Shown here one piece after another: positions 20,080-29,222 of a DNA stretch of 64,000 nucleotides (its first letter is position 1; each line of letters opens with the position of its first letter). The position numbers were made by a program, and so were the translations under genes. Location of the stretch: IMG/VR virus record IMGVR_UViG_3300044568_002423; one strand, 5' to 3'. The notes under the pieces are model-generated. The model saw only the letters and a list, made by a program, of their open reading frames with translations, did not search any database and was not told the DNA's origin. This DNA comes from a virus.

Positions 20080-20099
20080 TACCAATATTGATAGCACAA

Positions 20100-20127
20100 G
20101 GTTGAGAGAAGATCATTTCTCTCAACC
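20100..20127. terminator. 11-bp stem hairpin between dsbA-like gene and polB
   Basis: GGTTGAGAGAA-GATCAT-TTCTCTCAACC. Confidence 0.55.
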
Positions 20128-20136
20128 GATTATTTA

Positions 20137-20391
20137 TTAGATATTTTTAGTAATATCTAAGATTGCTTCTACTTCTTCCCATTCTTCATTATGCGTAGTC
20201 CAATTGCCCTTATGAGCAATTTTAATAGCACGGTTGATTACGGATGGTTTTAACATTAATTCTTCCGCTACTGCTTTCACGGTTTCTTTCAATCCTTCTT
20301 GTAAATCTTCTATTTCACGAAGAACAGTGCCGCCTTCGGCGATTAGTCTTTCTAATTTAGATTTTTCTTCTGGGCCATATGCACGACTCAT
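20137..20391 (-). CDS. dsbA: T4 DsbA-like (GapR-like) dsDNA-binding protein
   Basis: Helical pattern and 'EL...K...NR..K..HK.N......EEV....D' resemble T4 DsbA; AGGAG RBS. Confidence 0.7.
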   Translation of the reverse strand: MSRAYGPEEKSKLERLIAEGGTVLREIEDLQEGLKETVKAVAEELMLKPSVINRAIKIAHKGNWTTHNEEWEEVEAILDITKNI

Positions 20392-20425
20392 GATTTCTCC
20401 TTTTTGTTATTAATAATAAAAGTTT

Positions 20426-20454
20426 ATTATACATCATTTTTATAAGTATGTCAA
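20426..20454 (-). promoter_or_regulatory. Consensus sigma70 promoter for dsbA-polB
   Basis: TTGACA-17-TATAAT exact. Confidence 0.85.
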
Positions 20455-20473
20455 GTTTAATATAAATATTTAC

Positions 20474-20899
20474 ATGTCAAATCATAGAATTCCTCCAAAA
20501 CCAGCATATTTTGCCAACGCAGTTCCGGGAACATGTCGCTGGTGTAATAAAAAAATAGGACTAACACCAAAGGGACGAGAAAGTAAAGCAGTATGGCATA
20601 AAGAATGTGTTGAGGAATATAAATTATTATTCTGGCCATCATCCACCCGTAAAGCAGTTTGGTTACGCGACAAAGGTAAGTGTAATCATTGTAATACTGT
20701 TTGCTCTCGTAAGGGAGTTACTAAATGGCATATGGATCACATTGTACCATTGATTGAGGCAAATGGCAATATAAAATATTGGCAACTGGGAAATTTACAA
20801 ACATTATGCAAATCATGTCATATAATTAAGACTTCCAATGAGGCAACTGATCGTGCTACTAAACGTAGAATATTAAAAGAGAAAAGTGGAAAAAAGTGA
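20474..20899 (+). CDS. HNH endonuclease (free-standing, opposite strand)
   Basis: CxxC...DHIVP...GN...NLQTLCKSCH..KT. Confidence 0.85.
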   Translation: MSNHRIPPKPAYFANAVPGTCRWCNKKIGLTPKGRESKAVWHKECVEEYKLLFWPSSTRKAVWLRDKGKCNHCNTVCSRKGVTKWHMDHIVPLIEANGNIKYWQLGNLQTLCKSCHIIKTSNEATDRATKRRILKEKSGKK

Positions 20900-20930
20900 A
20901 AATATAAATATTATATTTTCACAATTTAAT

Positions 20931-21515
20931 TTATGGTGCGGGTAGTGCTTTTTGATCACCAATTATCGCATCATAATGATCCATTGTTAATGTATCGCCT
21001 GTTTCGCTTAATTGAATTAGCATTTCAGTAACATTGTGTAAATCCATATCAGTTTTAGCATCTTCACGAGCATATTCCAATAAACGAATTAATAATGGAA
21101 TATCAACTTTTACAACATCTTGTTCATTGATATCTTCCATTGGTTCATTACTCATTAATCCTGGACCAACACCTCCAGAAAATCCACCTGAATGTCCAGG
21201 AATAGTATGTTCTTTCATTTGGACACGTTCGGCAATAACTTTAGCATATTGATGCATTAGTTGACGACTTTCGGCTTTTTTATTAAGTATTTCTTCTTCC
21301 GCTTCGGCGAAGTATTTTTTAAACAATGAAGGGGTACTTGTGATTTCTTTAATTGGTTCAGCATAATGTTGCATGGCCATTTGTATAGGTAAGCTAACCT
21401 TGTGAGGATTAGCTCCTTCTGTTACTATACTCATGAATTTTTTCATACTAGTAGAATCTTCCACTGACGTAGACGAACCTTTATCTAATGCCTGTAAAAT
21501 CTTCTTCATATCCAT
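20931..21515 (-). CDS. Putative internal head protein
   Basis: Multiple (I/L/V)-x-E-(A/G/S) motifs; late operon. Confidence 0.55.
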   Translation of the reverse strand: MDMKKILQALDKGSSTSVEDSTSMKKFMSIVTEGANPHKVSLPIQMAMQHYAEPIKEITSTPSLFKKYFAEAEEEILNKKAESRQLMHQYAKVIAERVQMKEHTIPGHSGGFSGGVGPGLMSNEPMEDINEQDVVKVDIPLLIRLLEYAREDAKTDMDLHNVTEMLIQLSETGDTLTMDHYDAIIGDQKALPAP

Positions 21516-22957
21516 TATTTTAAACCACTTAACATCTTAATAACTGATAATTCAGCACTTTCATTGATTGATTCTTTTTTAGCCAATGATGCTTTGCGTA
21601 CAGCTGCATCTTTTCGTTTTTTAGCTTTCATCCAATCTGCATTGCCTTTAGCAATCCCACTTTCATCATCTTCTTCATCGGCAGCACTAATGCTATCATC
21701 AGCAGCTTTCATTTTTCCAGATTGTCTTTCAGCGTGTGCTTCATGCCCTGCTTTTGAAAATGGACTTTCTTTCTTCCATGGTTTCAAGTTAAGTTCAGCT
21801 AATTGAGATTCATTGAACTCGCCAGGATGTTTTGCCGCCCATTCTTCTGGTGATGCTACTGGTTCATTAGTATTTAATTGTTGACCAGTTGCAGTAACCC
21901 CGCCTGATTGTTCCAAATGATCTTTTAACCAATTAATTCGATAATCAATTTGTGGTTCCCATTCAGTGCCAGCATATTGTTGTTTCATAGCTAGTAGTTG
22001 TTCTAGTTGACTAGGACCTTCTAACTCGGTATTTTCTTTAACTGCTTCTCTTTTAATGTTTTTCCACATCGCAGCAGCAGCAACAGCTTTTGGATCTTTG
22101 GCGCCGCTTTTCTTAGCAGCTTTTTCTACTTTTTCAAAACCTGGACCTTTTTTACCGATATCTTTACCAGCTTTAGCAGCTTTTACGGTAGCGGATTTCT
22201 TTTCAGCAGATAATCCAGCACTCGGTTTGGCTTCATCTAATTCCATAGATTTTTTATGTTTAACATCGCCAGCCTTAGCTGCCTTTTTCTTATCAGTATG
22301 AACGCCAGCACCACTTGTGGTAGCTTTTGCATTTTTCGCTACAAAATTACGAGGTTTTACAAATTCTTCTTCCTTAGCTTCTTCTACTTTTTTAGATTTA
22401 GTAGCACCTGCGATTTTATCCGCATATGTAATTTTATCTTTAGGTGGAGCAAGAGCGGCAAATTTCTTATTTTTAGCAGAAGTTTCTTTCATACAAGTTT
22501 CTTCTTTCTTTCCAGCCATTTTTTCAGCTTGAAGTTTCTTAAGTTTAGAAACTTTATCTTTAGCTTCCATCAGCATAGAGGACATTGCTTGTTTTTGACT
22601 TTCTGAAAGAACGTCACTGTCAGATAATTTTTGTCCATATTCGCTGATTTTCATTTCATATTCTAGATAATGATATACAGATGCTATATAGTCAGCAGCT
22701 TTAGTGACTTTTGCTTGAACCCATGATTCAAATTGGTCATTGTCTTCTATTTTCTTAAATAATTTGTAGCTATATTGTGCTAATTTAAATAAATCAGCTT
22801 TAACCATCGCTCCTTCATTGTCGATAGAACCATCAGGCAATAATCCAGCAGTTGGTTCAGCAGGCATATCAGCAGAAGGTGCTATTTGTGATGGCATGTC
22901 AGCAGGCATCGCCCCTGACATATCTAATTCGCTAAGTTGTTTGGTTGTACGTTCCAT
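21515..22957 (-). CDS. Putative internal head/core protein, K/A/E-rich
   Basis: Many gp21-type cleavage motifs; C-terminal INESAEL..IKMLSGLK; GATAAATA at 22978-22985. Confidence 0.6.
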   Translation of the reverse strand: MERTTKQLSELDMSGAMPADMPSQIAPSADMPAEPTAGLLPDGSIDNEGAMVKADLFKLAQYSYKLFKKIEDNDQFESWVQAKVTKAADYIASVYHYLEYEMKISEYGQKLSDSDVLSESQKQAMSSMLMEAKDKVSKLKKLQAEKMAGKKEETCMKETSAKNKKFAALAPPKDKITYADKIAGATKSKKVEEAKEEEFVKPRNFVAKNAKATTSGAGVHTDKKKAAKAGDVKHKKSMELDEAKPSAGLSAEKKSATVKAAKAGKDIGKKGPGFEKVEKAAKKSGAKDPKAVAAAAMWKNIKREAVKENTELEGPSQLEQLLAMKQQYAGTEWEPQIDYRINWLKDHLEQSGGVTATGQQLNTNEPVASPEEWAAKHPGEFNESQLAELNLKPWKKESPFSKAGHEAHAERQSGKMKAADDSISAADEEDDESGIAKGNADWMKAKKRKDAAVRKASLAKKESINESAELSVIKMLSGLK

Positions 22958-22980
22958 GTTAAAACTCCGTTATCCTATAT

Positions 22981-23259
22981 TTATCTTCTTTTAATTACTA
23001 TTGCTTCATTAGTAGGAGCACCAAACAGACTGGTTCCTTTGATATCTAATGCATTTTTAGCAGTGCCTTGGGCTGTTTTAGGTTGAACTACTTTTGGTTG
23101 TGGGGGTGCTGTAGTTCCACTTTTTCCAGGAGATCCAATATAAGATTTTTTACCTCTAGCCTTTCCTGGACTTAATTGTGGAGCTGTCACTGTTCCGATA
23201 TTAGCGGAGCTAGTCGCACCAGCAGTAGCTGTTTCACCTAATATTTCTATTATTTTCAT
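22981..23259 (-). CDS. Putative internal virion protein
   Basis: N-terminus MKIIEILGE. Confidence 0.6.
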   Translation of the reverse strand: MKIIEILGETATAGATSSANIGTVTAPQLSPGKARGKKSYIGSPGKSGTTAPPQPKVVQPKTAQGTAKNALDIKGTSLFGAPTNEAIVIKRR

Positions 23260-23268
23260 ATTCTTTCC

Positions 23269-23532
23269 TTAAGGCACATTAGGTCGAGTAAACCATAACT
23301 CGAACCATTCTGGGGTGCCTGCTTTTATATCTTGTTCTCTTTGTATTTTCCCACGGTCATCTGAAAATACTGGTGTTTGATTAGCACGATATTCTTGTAT
23401 TCGTGCGTCAGCGCCTAATCCGCCCATATAAGCAGACAGTTTTAATTCTTGAATTGGATCATCTGGGGCTAGATAGCAATCATCTGGACTGTCGGTGGTT
23501 AAATCGGCTGAGGTAATACGATATTGCTTCAT
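23269..23532 (-). CDS. Hypothetical protein
   Basis: Coupled to upstream gene. Confidence 0.6.
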   Translation of the reverse strand: MKQYRITSADLTTDSPDDCYLAPDDPIQELKLSAYMGGLGADARIQEYRANQTPVFSDDRGKIQREQDIKAGTPEWFELWFTRPNVP

Positions 23533-24248
23533 TATATGCCGTATTTGTTCTTTTTAATCTTTGCTACTGGGCTAGTCTTATATGTATCATCTAATTCTAC
23601 ACTGCGATTTGATGATAGTCTTTTCAATGGTCCTACATCTGTTTGTTTACCAGCAAACTTTACCATTTCCCATTCTTCATCAGTATAGGTAGTTAATAAT
23701 GGATCTCCACCAATATCATTAACTGCTTTGGTTGGAAATTCAGGAGCACCAGCTAATGCTAATCCAAACCGATATGACTTATACGAATCTCCGGCATTAT
23801 TGTTCGCCGCTGGGGTTGTTATTGCCCCTTTTATACTACTTGTAGCAGTTTTTGAAAGTTTTTTAACGCCGCCTTCTTTAAGAAAAGTATCATACATATC
23901 CTGCATGGCTTCTTCTAAATTAAACGCATCTAGATTTTTTTGTGGAGTTTTAGAATTTACATCAGGGGTTGAATTTTGTTTAGTAATTATTCCCACACCA
24001 GCGCATTCCTCATTACGAGGGCGGGTACGTGTTTTAAATTTTCTACCAGTCTTCTTTAATAAATTCCAAGGATTATTCAAGTCATGTCTGCCAGTTTTCT
24101 TTCTAGCAAACATACTCAATTCTTCATCGGCAATTATATCAGACTCTTCTTTTTTACCCATTGGATTGGCTACTTCTTCCAAATTGCCATCATGTTTAAG
24201 GATATTATATAATCCTTCTAAAAGCTCAGTTACTTTAAAACCATCCAT
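23532..24248 (-). CDS. Putative internal virion protein
   Basis: KVTELLEG, NLEEV, NLEEA, FLKEG motifs. Confidence 0.6.
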   Translation of the reverse strand: MDGFKVTELLEGLYNILKHDGNLEEVANPMGKKEESDIIADEELSMFARKKTGRHDLNNPWNLLKKTGRKFKTRTRPRNEECAGVGIITKQNSTPDVNSKTPQKNLDAFNLEEAMQDMYDTFLKEGGVKKLSKTATSSIKGAITTPAANNNAGDSYKSYRFGLALAGAPEFPTKAVNDIGGDPLLTTYTDEEWEMVKFAGKQTDVGPLKRLSSNRSVELDDTYKTSPVAKIKKNKYGI

Positions 24249-24266
24249 CTTAATTATCCTTAATTT

Positions 24267-24794
24267 TTATTCTAGATATTCACCTACTATATCAAAGAAT
24301 TTTAGTACTCTATTATTTATTTTAATTTCAGTATCGGCAGAAATCCCTGCTACTTCACTGAATAATTTCCTATCACCTTGTTGAACTGCCTTCCGTAAAT
24401 CTGTAGCAGAACTTATCCTAGGTGTAGGTTGTTGGCTAATATTATCAAATTTGTAATAACCATGACTTCCAGCAAATCCATTGTATTTTGATAGTTGCGT
24501 GGTTAACCAGTCTTCATCAGTACATATTTTTAATTCAATATGTTCACCAAATTTATCATAAATGGTAGCTGCCAAAGTAAACAAACTTTTCTCTGGAATA
24601 ACATGCTCGGCAATTTCAGGAAGTAATGCTTCCATTGTTTTCAATTTAACATCGTATGGTAGTGGGTTGGTTGGTCCATTGGTAGATGGATTAGTACCCA
24701 CGTAATAGTTGTCAAACTGCGATGCTGTTTCCCATGCTTCTTTATGTCCTTTGTGCGGCGGATTAAACCTACCAAAGCATACACCAATTTTCAT
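24267..24794 (-). CDS. HIGH-superfamily nucleotidyltransferase (cytidylyl/adenylyltransferase-like)
   Basis: FGRFNPPHKGH, NPL, SSAT.LR; ATGA overlap with upstream gene. Confidence 0.85.
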   Translation of the reverse strand: MKIGVCFGRFNPPHKGHKEAWETASQFDNYYVGTNPSTNGPTNPLPYDVKLKTMEALLPEIAEHVIPEKSLFTLAATIYDKFGEHIELKICTDEDWLTTQLSKYNGFAGSHGYYKFDNISQQPTPRISSATDLRKAVQQGDRKLFSEVAGISADTEIKINNRVLKFFDIVGEYLE

Positions 24795-25867
24795 GGTAGC
24801 CACCTATGTCTAGGTACTAACTTAATATTTCCAAATGGTGTGTTACTATACCTAACCCATCCTTCAGAATTACTAGTGGTGATATCACCCGCGGTATCAC
24901 CTAATTGGTCAATTATTGCATTTTTTAATTCTATTATGTATTTAACCAAATTAAACATAATTGTTACACTACCTTGATATTGATTTACACGATTTTTAAT
25001 CTTTATTTGTTGAGTTGGACTAATTTTACTTGATTCCAACCATGATACAAAATCATCACCAACGGTATCTAATTGATGTTGTTTTGCTTTATAATTCATA
25101 TATCTATACAGATAATCCTTAAATGCAGCTACTCCCTGAATAGGTTCAAGGAAACTATCTAATAAATCAGCATTATCAATGATATACTGTTCAACTTCAT
25201 TTATTTTTTTATGGTTTAATACAGGTTGACTGGTAGCATAGTGTGGACCTAATATAATTAACTCATTAGATACAAATTCTGAAAAATCATCCTTTGGTAT
25301 TTGGGCATCGTCCATCATACCAAATTCTGGGAAATAAGCATGTCCTACTACCATCACAGCTGCTTTTTCAATCACCGATCCCAATATAGAATATTGGTCT
25401 ATATGATATCCCGTTTTTTTATTAGGATATAAATTATACCGATTATTTTCTACGCTAGGATGTGATGTAAATAAGGCATCGCCATACACAAATCCAACAA
25501 AATCTAACGGAGTTGCCACATCAAACGCCTGATATAAATTAGCAAATTCTGCTGCGAACTTAATTCGTTCAATCTTTTCCAAGTCAGTCTTTGGATCACC
25601 TGATTGATTAACGATAAAATCAAACAATTCCGCGCCCGAGCATGTCTTAATACCTCTTGCCCAACTATTATGTCCGGACAGGATTAATGGTCCATTAACA
25701 TATTCTCGTCCCCAATAAATTTGTAATCCACCATCCCATTTCATACGAACAGAACTGGCATCTTCATTTATCTCATTGATATGTCGTAATGCTTCTGTTG
25801 CACCAGCGGAACCGTAGAAGAAAGTCAAATCTTCTAAGTGATTAAATGCCCTGCCTAATTTTTTCAT
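24791..25867 (-). CDS. Ligase/capping-enzyme-fold nucleotidyltransferase-like protein
   Basis: Motif I-like MKWDG, motif III-like VYGDAL, motif IV-like SEGWV, motif V-like IKLVPR. Confidence 0.6.
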   Translation of the reverse strand: MKKLGRAFNHLEDLTFFYGSAGATEALRHINEINEDASSVRMKWDGGLQIYWGREYVNGPLILSGHNSWARGIKTCSGAELFDFIVNQSGDPKTDLEKIERIKFAAEFANLYQAFDVATPLDFVGFVYGDALFTSHPSVENNRYNLYPNKKTGYHIDQYSILGSVIEKAAVMVVGHAYFPEFGMMDDAQIPKDDFSEFVSNELIILGPHYATSQPVLNHKKINEVEQYIIDNADLLDSFLEPIQGVAAFKDYLYRYMNYKAKQHQLDTVGDDFVSWLESSKISPTQQIKIKNRVNQYQGSVTIMFNLVKYIIELKNAIIDQLGDTAGDITTSNSEGWVRYSNTPFGNIKLVPRHRWLP

Positions 25868-26517
25868 ATATTATATGTATTTTTTATGTGTTGAGTTTTA
25901 ATAGGATCATGAATTACGCCTTTTAGTAATCTAGATGGAGATCTCATATCATATTCAGTTGCTGTTGGACTGATAATAATTTTAGCTATCTCGTATGGAT
26001 CATTTGATATTAGTGTTCTCTTATCTCGAGTTAACAATCCTCTGTACGGACTAATCATCAAATTGCCAGATGTAAGATTTGCCAAATCACACCATATACT
26101 AACAATTGTTTTTCCTGTTACAGATGAATCATCATAATTGTGGTCATGTAAATATGCTATCGTGGAGGCATTTTCGACTGTCATTAAATCAACTTGAATA
26201 ATTTCATCATCAACTTGGATACCTACATGAACGCTAACGCCGGTTCGTGCGGAAAATAATCCCTTTGATTTAAAATACTCTTCTAATAATTTACGACTTA
26301 ATTTTACTGCTGTTGATGGGAATATTGAAAGTAAATCAGCGCTATCTATTAAAAGATCGATATCTCCACTGATTTCTTTTTTGCCAGCACTGCCAAAAGG
26401 ATAAATGTGTAGTCCTTCTGGTAATACTTCTTTTAGGGTTTTAATTGCTTGGTTGTATTTGTTTTTCGCTATTGGGCTAGCGTTTGGTACTACCTTTCCG
26501 CTCATCGTACTTACCAT
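25864..26517 (-). CDS. Pol-beta superfamily nucleotidyltransferase (start may be 26505)
   Basis: FGSAGKKEISGDIDLLI (GS..DxD) plus third Asp in IQVDLM. Confidence 0.75.
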   Translation of the reverse strand: MVSTMSGKVVPNASPIAKNKYNQAIKTLKEVLPEGLHIYPFGSAGKKEISGDIDLLIDSADLLSIFPSTAVKLSRKLLEEYFKSKGLFSARTGVSVHVGIQVDDEIIQVDLMTVENASTIAYLHDHNYDDSSVTGKTIVSIWCDLANLTSGNLMISPYRGLLTRDKRTLISNDPYEIAKIIISPTATEYDMRSPSRLLKGVIHDPIKTQHIKNTYNI

Positions 26518-26875
26518 CTGTTATTTGTTGACAGACCTCTTCGTGCAATTTATTACAGAGTTCATTACATAACTTATCATCTAATGATTCTGGTAATTCT
26601 CGAATAGGATATTCAGCTAAGTACATATCATAACATTCACGAACTGCTTTGTCAAATATATGTGGTTTGGTTGATTTGTTGGCGTTAATACGATCTACGC
26701 ATTTTAATATACTTGGATGTAAATGTCGACGATATGCTTCATCATTGTTATTCATATAAAATACCAAATCTTCCACAAGATCATAATCAATCTCTCGTTT
26801 CCCCTCATCCCCAATTTGCTTGACAAATCCAATATCTGCAAAATTGCTGTTTTCTAATAATTCTATAATACGCAT
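26477..26875 (-). CDS. Hypothetical, putative virion protein
   Basis: N-terminus MRIIELLE; first gene after a late promoter. Confidence 0.6.
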   Translation of the reverse strand: MRIIELLENSNFADIGFVKQIGDEGKREIDYDLVEDLVFYMNNNDEAYRRHLHPSILKCVDRINANKSTKPHIFDKAVRECYDMYLAEYPIRELPESLDDKLCNELCNKLHEEVCQQITDGKYDERKGSTKR

Positions 26876-26881
26876 AGTTTA

Positions 26882-26920
26882 AGTCCAGTTAATAATATGT
26901 ATTTATCTATTAACTGGACT
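26882..26920 (-). promoter_or_regulatory. 13-bp inverted repeat enclosing late promoter GATAAATA and covering the RBS
   Basis: AGTCCAGTTAATA...TATTAACTGGACT with GATAAATA (26900-26907) in the loop. Confidence 0.7.
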
Positions 26921-26935
26921 ACATTTGTAATTAAC

Positions 26936-29203
26936 TTACAGTACTAATTCGGTATTATCAACCGTTAATGGTTGCTTTGATTTCTTAGGAGCTTTTGGAA
27001 CAGTAGCTAGCGCAATCTTATCATCCACTATGGTAATAGACAACCATCCACCATCTTTCAAATCACCAAATAGCATCATTTTAGCAAGATCTCTTTTGAT
27101 TTCAGCATCAATGACACGTTGTAATGGCCTAGCTCCCATCTTGGGATCAAATCCTTTTTCAATTAACCAATTAATAGCAGTTTTATCTATCTTTATGCGT
27201 ATTGCTTTTTCTTTAACTTGATCACGCAATTCATCGATAAACTTATTAACGATTTTTGTCATGGTTTCTTTACCAAGTTTATTAAAGGTAATGATACCAT
27301 CTAATCTATTTCGAAATTCAGGAGTGAAAAACTTCTTAATTTCCACATCAGTGTGTTCTTTTTCTTGCTTACCAAACCCGATGTTATTCTTCTCAGCTGC
27401 TTGTGCACCAGCATTCGTGGTAAGAATTAATACCAAATTACGACAATCTGCTTGTTTACCATTACTACCAGTAATAAATCCATTGTCCATAATTTGTAGT
27501 AAAACTGTCGACACATCTGGGTGAGACTTTTCAACTTCGTCAAACAACAAGACTGCGTTTGGATTTTCTTGTATTTGAGTAATCAACAACCCTGCGTTGT
27601 CTTCAAATCCAACATATCCAGGTGGGCTACCGATCAATTTACTAATACTATGTTTTTCCTGATATTCACTCATATCAAATCGTAATAATTTAGTACCAAG
27701 ATGCTTAGCAAGTGCTTTTGCTGTTTCTGTTTTTCCACAGCCAGTTGGTCCCATAAATACAAAACTACCAATTGGTTTATTATCAGGTTTTAATCCTGCT
27801 TGCGCTACCATAATTTTATCGACAACTTCTGTAAGAGCACCATTTTGACCATATACTTCATTTTCAAGTTTTTCCTGAAGAGTAGATAGACAATGGCTTT
27901 CTGTTTCCATAACTTGTTCTTCTGGCAGATTAACCATTTTAGCTAATTCATATTGAATTTCTCTTTCTGTTACAATACGAGCCTCTGCCAATTTTAAATT
28001 AAATCGTGAACAAGCACAATCAATCAAATCTATTGCTTTATCTGGTAACTTCTTATCTGCTTGGTATTTAACAGATAACTTAATTGCAGCCTGAAGCGCA
28101 TCATCTTTGATTTTAACATCATGATGAGTTTCATAATATTTTTTAATTCCTTTTAGGATTTTTAATGCCATTTCTTCCGTTGGCTCATCGATAGTAATAC
28201 GTTGAAAACGACGCATTAACGCACGATCTTTTTCAAAATGCTTACGATATTCCTCCCATGTAGTAGAGGCAATTACTTTGATTTTACCTTTACTCAATGC
28301 TGGTTTCATCATGTTAGCAAGATCATTAGCTGAATTTGATGATGATCCAGCTCCGCTAATCATATGTGCTTCATCGATAAATAGAACACATTTACCTTTC
28401 TTCTCTAATGCTTTTATTACTTGTTTGAAGCGTTCTTCAAAGTCACCTCGATATTTACTACCAGCTACCATTGCGGAAATATCTAAATTAAAAACAGTAT
28501 ATTCCTTTAAAAAATCTGGTACAGCACCGTTGACTATATTATAAGCTAATCCTTCGGCAATGGCAGTTTTACCTACCCCGGGATCACCTATTAAAATAAC
28601 GTTATTTTTACTACGACGACCTAACGCAAGTGCGATGTTTTCAAGTTCATCAACACGCCCAATGACGGGGTCGATCTTGTTCTTTTGGACTAATCCATTT
28701 AGATCAGTAGTATATGCCAATAATGCTTTTGTTGCCCGTGGGTCGGTAGTATCAGCTTCTTCAATAACATTCCCAGCAGTTGTGAGATAATCTGCAAATT
28801 TGTCCTTGTCGATGCCAGACTGTGATACGTAAAAGAAAGCCCAGCTACGTTTTTCATTAAGCATCGTTAAAAAGATGTCAGTGATTTCGACTTTTTGCCG
28901 GCTATTAAAAATAACTTGTGTGAATGCTTTGTTTAATAACCTCTCAACTGCAGCTGTTTTTTTAGGGTTGGCAACAGCTGAAGACAGAGTTATGTCATTA
29001 CACTTGTGCTGTAGATGATCCGAGACTAATTTCTTAAGACCATTGGCATCCGCACCAAATTCAAGTAATTGTTCTACAAAATCTTTATTATTAAGCATAG
29101 CAGCTAATATATGTTCGATCGTAATATATTCATGTTGCAATCGTTTGGCTGTTTCAGAAGCTCTACGTAATACTTCTTCAAAATCTGCGCTTGGTTCTAC
29201 CAT
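26936..29203 (-). CDS. clpA: ClpA-like ATP-dependent Clp protease ATP-binding subunit
   Basis: Clp N-domain, two AAA modules (GDPGVGKT, GPTGCGKT), KYRG pore loop, IGF ClpP-docking loop, no ClpB middle domain. Confidence 0.9.
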   Translation of the reverse strand: MVEPSADFEEVLRRASETAKRLQHEYITIEHILAAMLNNKDFVEQLLEFGADANGLKKLVSDHLQHKCNDITLSSAVANPKKTAAVERLLNKAFTQVIFNSRQKVEITDIFLTMLNEKRSWAFFYVSQSGIDKDKFADYLTTAGNVIEEADTTDPRATKALLAYTTDLNGLVQKNKIDPVIGRVDELENIALALGRRSKNNVILIGDPGVGKTAIAEGLAYNIVNGAVPDFLKEYTVFNLDISAMVAGSKYRGDFEERFKQVIKALEKKGKCVLFIDEAHMISGAGSSSNSANDLANMMKPALSKGKIKVIASTTWEEYRKHFEKDRALMRRFQRITIDEPTEEMALKILKGIKKYYETHHDVKIKDDALQAAIKLSVKYQADKKLPDKAIDLIDCACSRFNLKLAEARIVTEREIQYELAKMVNLPEEQVMETESHCLSTLQEKLENEVYGQNGALTEVVDKIMVAQAGLKPDNKPIGSFVFMGPTGCGKTETAKALAKHLGTKLLRFDMSEYQEKHSISKLIGSPPGYVGFEDNAGLLITQIQENPNAVLLFDEVEKSHPDVSTVLLQIMDNGFITGSNGKQADCRNLVLILTTNAGAQAAEKNNIGFGKQEKEHTDVEIKKFFTPEFRNRLDGIITFNKLGKETMTKIVNKFIDELRDQVKEKAIRIKIDKTAINWLIEKGFDPKMGARPLQRVIDAEIKRDLAKMMLFGDLKDGGWLSITIVDDKIALATVPKAPKKSKQPLTVDNTELVL

Positions 29204-29222
29204 TATTATTTCCTATGTTATG

